Origin: Corallochytrium limacisporum Hawaii
Lineage: Eukaryota > Protista > Pluriformea
Length of the DNA: 64,000 bases
Assembly: GCA_002811645.1 (NCBI GenBank)
Contig: PDIP01000022.1
Span: 27,375 to 91,374, forward strand
Direction of reading: 5' to 3'
In this document: positions 1 to 9,715 of the stretch, piece by piece
Numbering within the stretch: position 1 is the first letter of the stretch
Layout: every line of letters begins with the position of its first letter
The notes under the pieces: generated by a model
Databases searched by the model: none
Told to the model about the DNA's origin: nothing
Seen by the model: the letters and a program-made list of their open reading frames with translations, nothing else
Made by a program: the position numbers and the translations under genes

Positions 1-597
1 GGGTGGGGGGGAGGGAGGGAGAGAGAGAAGGGAGCCCTGTGCCCGAGAGTGCGAGAGGGAGAGGAGGAGAGGTAGGGAGGGGGGGGTGGTGAAATCGTCC
101 TTTCCCTGTTGCGCGGGTCCGCTGTAAGCCCCCCCCCTCCCCGGGGCGGGCTGTCCCTTCCCTCCACTTCGAACACCCTCTCCCACTGCTGCCACTTGCG
201 TACTGGCAGCGCGCACAAAACCCAAGAAACTCGTGGCAAGGAATTGGTGGTGGGCCCAAAAGGAAGAAATGAGAGCCCGTTCGGGCCCCATCGCCAGGGG
301 AAGGAGGAGGAGTGGGAGGGTGTCAATTCCGCTTCTTTTCTCGGGGAGCGTGTAACGGGACGGTGAGCTGCATCGCTGAAATGTGTGCAAAGGGTACGAC
401 GTTGATATTAAGTGGCTGCGTAAGGACCACGAGAAGGGTTGTTTTAGGCTATTGGTGATGTCTGCTTTGCCTGAGAATGCATCACACTTGCCATAGCAAG
501 TACTTCAAGGACGTTGCCAAACTTGAACAAACACTCTACAGCTTTCCCTTACGCACACCGTACTGCTGCACATTGCCTCAAACTTGCAGTTCAGTAG

Positions 598-1962
<1,365 letters not shown>

Positions 1963-2048
1963 TCCTGACCCAGTGGGAGACATTAATCCATAAAACATTT
2001 GTAATAAATCAGAAACGCGAACATCATACACATCCGCTCTTTCGCATC

Positions 2049-3092
2049 CTAACTGCCGCCAGCCTTCTTGATCGCTGTTTCCAGGCCTGTTGCTACCTCG
2101 CCCGTCTTGCAACTGATCAGTGTCAACCATGGAGCCGGTGCATCTCCCGTTTGCTCTACACTGTTGAACTGCACCATCTTTGCCTTTGGCTTGGCCACAT
2201 TCTTCATATCCTTGCAGTAGAGATTCAATGTCACCTTACCAATGTCATTGCGTAGGACCACCCGCTTCTTGCCGTTTTCGTTCAGTGTTTGCACTACCAT
2301 CGTCCCAACTCCCAGCTCAGTCCAGTCCTTACCATCGGCTCCGCCTACCTGCTTTCGCCTCACCTTGACTGGTGCGGCCTTGAACTCGATGGGTCCGTCA
2401 TCGTCGTTGATTTGTTCCTCAAAGTCACGCTTCGATTTCGCAGTATCATCTGGTTCTTCACCGTCCGCTCCACCGCCGCTGGTTTTCGGTGCGACAGCAC
2501 TGTTACTGCCCTCACCTAGCGGCTTGATTCCACCTCCGAAGCCGGCACCGCCGGTACCGAAACCACCAATCGGGGCTGGAGCTGTAATTGTTGACGATGG
2601 TTTCGCTGCCTCATCGCCCTTGCCGATTTCTGCAAAATACAACAAATAATTCGTAATAAATGTACCGAGGCTCGCCAGATCTGCCGGTGACTTGGACAGC
2701 GCTGTCTTTGCCACTGTGAGAAATGATTGGTTCAGCCCTGCAAGTTTCTTGGAGACTTCGCTACCGCCGGCGGACAGCGACTTTGTCCTGGTCTGACTGT
2801 CCGATATTTTTGATTTGAGATCTATGGCCATGCCTGGCTGCTTCTCCACAAAGGTTTTGAACCCCGGACGAAGATCTGCACAAGGCGTGCTCTTCAGTCC
2901 TTTCGCAAGCCAGTCCAAGAACTTCGACGACGTGTCATTGCCACCGCTCCCTGTGGACGCTCCTGCATAGGAGAACGATGCCTTGGTCGGCGGCTTGAAA
3001 CTGAAGCCAGATGTCTCCTTCATTGGCCCACCGAACTTGGCGATTTCCTCCTCGTCGGGTTCCGCTCCCCGCGACCGTTTAGAGGCGGACAT
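2049..3092 (-). CDS. NUP50: Nup50/Nup2-like nucleoporin with C-terminal Ran-binding domain, 347 aa
   Basis: FSF/FG motifs; Nup50-type helical motif LAGLNQSF...TNYLLYFAEI; RanBD-like WTELGVGTM...RVVLRNDIGKVTLNL...LISCKT. Confidence 0.75.
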   Translation of the reverse strand: MSASKRSRGAEPDEEEIAKFGGPMKETSGFSFKPPTKASFSYAGASTGSGGNDTSSKFLDWLAKGLKSTPCADLRPGFKTFVEKQPGMAIDLKSKISDSQTRTKSLSAGGSEVSKKLAGLNQSFLTVAKTALSKSPADLASLGTFITNYLLYFAEIGKGDEAAKPSSTITAPAPIGGFGTGGAGFGGGIKPLGEGSNSAVAPKTSGGGADGEEPDDTAKSKRDFEEQINDDDGPIEFKAAPVKVRRKQVGGADGKDWTELGVGTMVVQTLNENGKKRVVLRNDIGKVTLNLYCKDMKNVAKPKAKMVQFNSVEQTGDAPAPWLTLISCKTGEVATGLETAIKKAGGS

Positions 3093-4286
3093 GTCTATGA
3101 GCTACTATCGGTACTTCCGAACCCTATGTACTAAGTTCTTAGGCTTTGTGCCACATGCTTGTAAAATGGATATCATATCACGAACCTGATTTAGCTTGCC
3201 ATAAGCATCTGTGACTTGGGCACAATTAGTGCAAGAATTCTCATAGGGTTGTGGCAGTGGTTATGGTTGATGGTGGCCTTGCGGACTCTTGACCGTCTGC
3301 CATAACACATGACATACACAGGCGAGAAAGGGGGTGCACAACTATGTGCGCGCCTGCCTCCCTTTTCTTCCCTCCCCGGATTTGTACTGTACCCGGGCCC
3401 GCGAGAAGTGCTGGCAGGGCTAATGTGAGCCAGTGGCCCCTCCTCTCTGAACACACCCCTCCCCCCCCCCTTTGCCCGGCAAGCGCGTCTGGACCGGGAG
3501 TCTTCACCGACCCGGGAAGCTTCACACCGTCCTCCCCGCACTCCCGAACAATGGTCAGTGCAGCAGGCCCCCCCAAACCTCCCTCCCCCTTGCGGCTGGC
3601 TTGGCGCGAAAATGTAAATGAGAGGGAAGAAGAACGAAAAGGGGAGGGGGGGGGGGGTTTTGGTTGGGCGGTCAAGAGTTGAAGACTTTGTTGAGACTTT
3701 TTCGATGAAAAATCCACTTCCCCTTCTCCCGCAACTTTTCCTCGTCTCATACGCCCCGGCTTCTCCCGGTTTTGGGAACGGAGGAGAGCCCCCCCCCCTT
3801 CTCCCGGGTCGGGGAAGGGAGGCAGGTTTTTTTTTTTTTTTTTTTTTTTGTTTCCTTTGGGTGAGATGCAGCGCTGGGCAGTGGACTGTCTCTCTCTCGC
3901 TTTCCTCGTCGTGGTGGGTGGCGGGCCATCCGTCCGTCTCCGCCCGGTGCGGGGTGGGGGCACTGCGCAACAACACGGATGCAAGATGTGTCCACTGCAT
4001 TATTCTCCTTTGGGCGCTTCTCGGATAGAATTCCTCCTGGCGCGTCCACTGTGGCAGCAGTCGTTGTGCTTTAGTGTGCTGGTCAAATTTTGCCATAATC
4101 ATCGTAAGGGTGTTTGGGAAGACAGCATCGATGGTGACGGTCTGTATACTGCAAGCCGCTATAGAATGAAGTGTCTTAGTAGTTGGAGTGCAGGATATCC
4201 ATTCCGAGCGCAAAGCGCAAGCTTATCAAACATGACCTGAAAGTAGGTTTCAAAGTTCAAGACTAACTTGATAGCAGAAAGAGACT

Positions 4287-7200
4287 ATGACAGAGCCAGA
4301 GGGACAACCGACACAGGCAGATCAGCATCAGACCCGGGATATTAGTAGTTACACAGGCCAAGCCACCAGTACCATGCCGGTGCTCGACACTGTCAACAAT
4401 AGTGCTGATGTTCCGGCACTTTCCATACCTACCAAAGAATGTGCAGCGGTAGCGGCATCGGCGGCGACAACTCAAGCACCTGCGTCGCCCAAAAAAACCT
4501 TGGTGCTCAAAATCAAGTCGCCGCGGAGGGAAGGTGGCGTGGCCACGGAGGAATCGGTAGCAGGAGTTGCACCGGAGGTTCAGATACCGAAGGTTGAGGG
4601 ATCGTCGGTCGCACCCGAAACGCAACAGCCTGTGGTGTCGGACGCAAAGCCTTCCGCAGCCGTCCGCGGAGGACGGAAACGGCGAGCCGTGGCGACCTCA
4701 GATCAACCGGCCAGACGCAGCCGCAGGAACGAGCACCCCCTGTCAGATGCGGTGTGTAGCATCTGCCTGACCGCGATTGGCAGTCGACAGCCCGTAGTCT
4801 GCTCGACTTGTTCGAAACGTGCGCAGCATGTGCATTGTATGGTTACCAAGTACAGCCAGCCACAGGGTCCACTGCGGGGACAGGAGGAGACCGTGCAGAT
4901 CGATATCATGAGCAAGGCACCGTGGGTTTGCGATACGTGTGTCACGAAAAAGATCTTTGAAAACGGCGATGAGGATCGAGAGATCTCCACGGAAGATCGC
5001 AGCAGCGCGTTGGCGGCTGCGGAGTTAGAATTCGAGCGAGCAGTTCTGGGAGTGCTCGACGGGATCGTTGCGCAGCGACTAGCTGCAGAGCTTGCTACTA
5101 CTGGTCGTGGTCGTGGGCGCGGCCGAGGTCGTGGACGAGGCCGAGGCGGCAGTGGAGGCCGTGGCGGGGCGAAAGCCAAAGCTGGAGGAGTTGGGGGAGC
5201 AAAGAAGGAAAAGTTGGACGGCTCTTCCTCGTCGGCGACGGCAGGAGCTAACGGTACAGCAACCGATAGTAAAGGCAGTCCCAGCGCAGCAGAGGCTCCC
5301 TCTCCTGCGCTGGATGATGATTCGCAACCGCAACAGATGCCGTCATCAACCGTTACCAATCCCACAACTGTGGCCACCACGGACGGTACAAAGTACAAGT
5401 ACAATGTCAAGGTTTTCCGTGGATTCGAGTTGCTGCCTGACGTCACTACCGAACCGGAAAAGTTTGATGTTCACCATCTCATACCACTGCCTTTCCAGAA
5501 CCTTGAACCGTACCTCCACTCCGAACGCTGGCCCGTGCAGCCGCCTGAGGCCCGTGTCTTTGAAGAAACTGATGGTTTTGAGATTACAGCAGATCACCGG
5601 TGGTGTCAAAAGTTACTGCACACTGATCTTCGAGCTGAGCCATGTCCACAGGACTGTGGGTGCTATACAGAAGATGGCATGGGTCACTATGACCTGGATA
5701 TCCAGGGCTTTGGAGAGACAACCTGTCCGAATCGCATCCGCAGCGTGGAGTGCGAAGACGAGACATGCGGCTGCAAGTACAAAGAGGGGAAATGTCGGAA
5801 CATGAGCCTTGGCAAAAAGAAGTGGATGACTGTCTCCAATGAAATGAATCAGGGCGCAGATTTAGTGTCGAAGAGTGCGTACGGCATGGATTGTTACACG
5901 AAGCGTGTGCTGGTGACGTTTGCGGTGCAAGAATTTACGGATCGACGCATTGGTCTTCTGGAACATCCAAAGAAAGAAGGGTCGGAGCCCAGCAAAACAA
6001 CTGCAGAGCAAGAGCAGGAAGAGTCCTATGACCCTGTGATTCTTCCGTCCTACGGCTGTGATCTTGTCCCTGAAATGCGCCCGTCAGCGATGAAACCGGT
6101 TCGGATCCCTTGGATGTCGGAAATGGAACAATTGGCTTCTTGGGAGTCTCGAATGGCAGTGGTGGCACACTGGCGTGAGGCCGGACAGGCGGAACTGGAT
6201 GCCATCGCTGCAGAGAAAAAGGCAGCAAAAAAGAAAACCCAGGCCAATGTAAAGGATGAGAAGCAGACTGATGTGAGTACTGAGCCCTCCGCTGATGGTA
6301 CGGCGGCTGGAGCACAAAATGGCACCCATTTGATGGTGGTGGACGGTAGTGACACAGCAACCGCGACCAGCACAGATGCCGTTGCCGATGCGGTGAAGAA
6401 GGAAGAAGAGCAGGAACCCCAGGATCAGCAAGTACAGAAGCCAGCAAAGAAGAAGCAGAAAAAGTCACAAAGCCAGTCACAGCAGCCCAAGCTAACTCCC
6501 GAGGAACTGAGGAAGAGGCAGACCTTGGGAACAGGGGCTCTTCCGGAACCTTCGGAAGAAGATGATGACCGTTCCCGGACCATTCGGGCACACCTGAAGA
6601 AGGCCTCCGAAACTCTGAACGATTTTGGCATCCTCGGCAAGCCCAATATCCGGAACACAGTCAATTCTAAGCCCACCAACGAGGAGCTGAGCGAGCACCA
6701 CTGCCTCACTACTGTCACCGAGGACACGCTCATTGCCCAAGGCCGGCGCGCGGATGGCCGTGCGTGTTCGACGTGGGACTACTGCGTGGACTTTGTGGAG
6801 GACATTCTCCTGCCAGAGGTGCTGCGCCAGCCGGACAGCTGTGCCTATGACATCCGTGTGGCGTTGCTGGCCGTACACAAGCGCTGCATGGACATGCTAA
6901 TCGCCGGTAAAGCCCTGGACGAGCGTGAAGGTATGGATATTGTCCGTTTCCCAGCGGTGGATGCGCGTCTGTGCCGTGCGCTGCTGGAACAGCGTGGCAG
7001 ATATGGCCGTGATCATTTCCGTATCTATCCTAAGGGTGTTGGTGTTATCTGCGACCGTTCCGGAGGCTTGGGAGAGAACGAACTCGTCGTTCCTTACTAC
7101 GGTGAGGTGTACCCCGCCTGGCGCTGGTTCGAAAAGCAGGATGCGGTCAAGCTGCGCATGCCGAAGGGCACCCTACCAGACTTCTATAACATCGCTTTGG

Positions 7201-9413
7201 AGCGGCACGGTCGAGACAGCCATGGTTACGGAGTGTTGTTTGTGGATCCGATCGCTAAGGGAACATTTGGTAGTCGACTGAGTCACAGTTGCCAGCCAAA
7301 CTGTGTTAACATCCCGCTCTGTGTGAATGGAGAATTGACCGCGGCGCTAGTCACTGTGAGAGACATTGCTCAAGGTGAGGAGCTGACGTTCGACTACTCA
7401 TGCGTAACGGAGGATAAAAAGGAGTTCCAGTCCGCTATCTGTCTCTGTTCCGCGAACGGGTGCCGAGGCAGCTATTTGAGCTACGCCAATGCGCAGACCT
7501 ACGCCGGAGTGATTGGTGCGGACAATCACTTTATGCACCGCACGTCGGCAATTCTCAAGGCCTCGCTTGCGACGCAGCATCTCTGGGAGTCTGCGGCACT
7601 AGCGGCAAAGAGTAATGGCGGGGGGTGCATGCTACTAGCTTCCGGGGATCCCTCCGACGGGCCGTCCGTATCGGAGATTGAGCAGCAGTTTGCCGGACTG
7701 CTTGCACTGTTAGAGAAGCATAATCTGCGTGAGGCTGCCTTGGGTGGTGGACGTTGGGAAGCAGAGGTAACGAAGAAGGAGGACGGCGGCGGTGATGGTC
7801 ATGACGACGCCCTCGTAGCGTTCAAAGAATCGCCATTGTGGCTCAAACTCTGGCTCTGCGATATGCTCCGCTTCGTGGATTTGGAAAAGGAGAAGCTGCC
7901 AAAGGACCTTCAGACGCAGCGGCCTACCCTCTCCGACGAGGATGCGGCCTTGGAGACTATCGGAGTGACACTGACGCGTGTACAGAACCTCGTGATCACA
8001 GTGGATAAAGTGCGGTATCTTTTGCGCAAGCAGTCCAGTCCGGCCCTCCAGCAGGCGGCACCTCTGCGGCGCCTGAGCGGGGCGGCCATTCTGAACCATT
8101 TCTGGGACGATCGCAATGATAGTCTTCGAGTGAAGCTTCTGCGCATGTACTCGGGCCATAGCTGCGAGAGCTGCCGCAGGATGTGTACGCTGCTCAAAAT
8201 GAAGCGCAGTGGTGTGGAAATGAAGGACCTTGTCTTCACGGCCGATTACGCCACGCTCGTCGACGAGGACCTTCGATCTGGCAAGGACATTTCGGCGCTC
8301 ATCGACGAGCGCCGGACGCCGCATGGAGGTCGCTGGCGCAGGGATACCGCGGATGAAGTCGAGGACGCCCTACAGCAGTCCCTGGCGGTGACACGTAAAG
8401 TCCTGCTCCAGGCCAGTCGTCACCTGCGCAAGTGCCGCGTGGGCACTCACAAAGGTCACGGCGTTGCGGATGTGATTGGACTGAATGCTCTCACCCTGCA
8501 CTTCTTTACCTTTACCTCCTACGAAGGTGTCAAGAGCGAGACACTCACGCTCAAACCTTGCGATCTTCACGAGTACCGCTACTCTCTCAAGGAAGGCAGC
8601 AAAGATTGGCACAAGAAATACGCCTATGCCAAATCCTACAGTCCGCAACACATTTGGGGCAAACTAAGCTACTGGGACCGGCAGACGATTGCCGCACCTG
8701 ACGCATCACACATGGCCGAGCGATACGGGAGTATCTCTTTACCGGACATTGAGCAGTGTGCAGCGGGTAAGGACGAGCTGCGTGCCGCGCTCTTTCGCCA
8801 TCTCCGCGACTCGCCGTGGAGTCCGTGGAAGCAGAGCTGGCCGTTCCGCTTCCGCAATCCATTGAAGTGCTATGGCAGTCCCATGCTCGACGTGTGGATG
8901 GTCGAAGACAATCTGGATTTGGACTCGGGCATGACCAAGCCAAAGCCTGGATCGGAGCTGGCCAAGGCGCGGGAGACGTATGATCGTCTGCTTGCATGGC
9001 TGGGGGCGGAGGGGCCTTTGAAACCCGGTGGCAACGCTGCAAAGGGTCGATCGCAATCGCTGGCACAGTCTGCCGTGCCAGCGGCGCCGGTTCCTGAACC
9101 CGTGGCTCCTGTGCCAGCGACCGCGACTGCGCCATCGCCAAAGGAGCCGGCCCCTGTGGTGTCGCCACCTCCCATCACTGCGCAGGCAACATCGGTGAAG
9201 GAACCGGCCCCTGTGGTGCCACCGCCGCCCATCACCGCACAGGCAAAGCCGCTGAACAAGCCGGCCCCTGTAGTACCGCCACCGGCAATTACTGCGCAGG
9301 CGCCTATGAATTCCGTGGCGGGGGTTGAGGAGAACCAGCCGCAGCAGCCAGAGAAGGCGGAAGGGGTCGTCCGGGTGTCCATGATCAGTTCCAGCAGCAG
9401 CGACGGTATCTGA
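4287..9413 (+). CDS. SDG2/ATXR3-family SET-domain histone methyltransferase (predicted H3K4) with N-terminal PHD finger and RG repeat, 1708 aa
   Basis: PHD CSIC..CSTC..HVHC..WVCDTC; SET block KGVGVIC..GEVYPAWRWFEKQD..PDFYNIALER..SRLSHSCQPNC..GEELTFDY..ICLCSANGCRGSYL; SDG2 C-terminal blocks RVQNLVITVDKVRY, GSISLPD, YGSPMLD. Confidence 0.9.
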   Translation: MTEPEGQPTQADQHQTRDISSYTGQATSTMPVLDTVNNSADVPALSIPTKECAAVAASAATTQAPASPKKTLVLKIKSPRREGGVATEESVAGVAPEVQIPKVEGSSVAPETQQPVVSDAKPSAAVRGGRKRRAVATSDQPARRSRRNEHPLSDAVCSICLTAIGSRQPVVCSTCSKRAQHVHCMVTKYSQPQGPLRGQEETVQIDIMSKAPWVCDTCVTKKIFENGDEDREISTEDRSSALAAAELEFERAVLGVLDGIVAQRLAAELATTGRGRGRGRGRGRGRGGSGGRGGAKAKAGGVGGAKKEKLDGSSSSATAGANGTATDSKGSPSAAEAPSPALDDDSQPQQMPSSTVTNPTTVATTDGTKYKYNVKVFRGFELLPDVTTEPEKFDVHHLIPLPFQNLEPYLHSERWPVQPPEARVFEETDGFEITADHRWCQKLLHTDLRAEPCPQDCGCYTEDGMGHYDLDIQGFGETTCPNRIRSVECEDETCGCKYKEGKCRNMSLGKKKWMTVSNEMNQGADLVSKSAYGMDCYTKRVLVTFAVQEFTDRRIGLLEHPKKEGSEPSKTTAEQEQEESYDPVILPSYGCDLVPEMRPSAMKPVRIPWMSEMEQLASWESRMAVVAHWREAGQAELDAIAAEKKAAKKKTQANVKDEKQTDVSTEPSADGTAAGAQNGTHLMVVDGSDTATATSTDAVADAVKKEEEQEPQDQQVQKPAKKKQKKSQSQSQQPKLTPEELRKRQTLGTGALPEPSEEDDDRSRTIRAHLKKASETLNDFGILGKPNIRNTVNSKPTNEELSEHHCLTTVTEDTLIAQGRRADGRACSTWDYCVDFVEDILLPEVLRQPDSCAYDIRVALLAVHKRCMDMLIAGKALDEREGMDIVRFPAVDARLCRALLEQRGRYGRDHFRIYPKGVGVICDRSGGLGENELVVPYYGEVYPAWRWFEKQDAVKLRMPKGTLPDFYNIALERHGRDSHGYGVLFVDPIAKGTFGSRLSHSCQPNCVNIPLCVNGELTAALVTVRDIAQGEELTFDYSCVTEDKKEFQSAICLCSANGCRGSYLSYANAQTYAGVIGADNHFMHRTSAILKASLATQHLWESAALAAKSNGGGCMLLASGDPSDGPSVSEIEQQFAGLLALLEKHNLREAALGGGRWEAEVTKKEDGGGDGHDDALVAFKESPLWLKLWLCDMLRFVDLEKEKLPKDLQTQRPTLSDEDAALETIGVTLTRVQNLVITVDKVRYLLRKQSSPALQQAAPLRRLSGAAILNHFWDDRNDSLRVKLLRMYSGHSCESCRRMCTLLKMKRSGVEMKDLVFTADYATLVDEDLRSGKDISALIDERRTPHGGRWRRDTADEVEDALQQSLAVTRKVLLQASRHLRKCRVGTHKGHGVADVIGLNALTLHFFTFTSYEGVKSETLTLKPCDLHEYRYSLKEGSKDWHKKYAYAKSYSPQHIWGKLSYWDRQTIAAPDASHMAERYGSISLPDIEQCAAGKDELRAALFRHLRDSPWSPWKQSWPFRFRNPLKCYGSPMLDVWMVEDNLDLDSGMTKPKPGSELAKARETYDRLLAWLGAEGPLKPGGNAAKGRSQSLAQSAVPAAPVPEPVAPVPATATAPSPKEPAPVVSPPPITAQATSVKEPAPVVPPPPITAQAKPLNKPAPVVPPPAITAQAPMNSVAGVEENQPQQPEKAEGVVRVSMISSSSSDGI
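9141..9302 (+). repeat. Three in-frame tandem copies of a 57-bp unit (KEPAPVVxPPPITAQA) in the SET protein tail
   Basis: Units start at 9141, 9198 and 9255, with synonymous and some non-synonymous differences. Confidence 0.9.
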
Positions 9414-9715
9414 AGGATAGGAAGCATAAGTGGTGACGCTGCCGGAGCACCCAAACGCAGTCCTAAGAGTGAAGAAGAATTGAATATAGAACGTACAAAC
9501 TGAGCTAAACATAAAGTGATACATGTTGTGGATTTCGGTATTTCTATTTCAGTGGCAAAAACAAAACAATGATGATGTGGGCACATGAAACTTTAGCAAC
9601 CATTATGGTGATGGATGATGGTCAATACTTGGATCATCGACCGTGTGGCATGGTCAATCGATCGCTTTCCGGAATTCAAACACTTTGAGGAGAGTATTGG
9701 ATGCTTTTCTCTACC

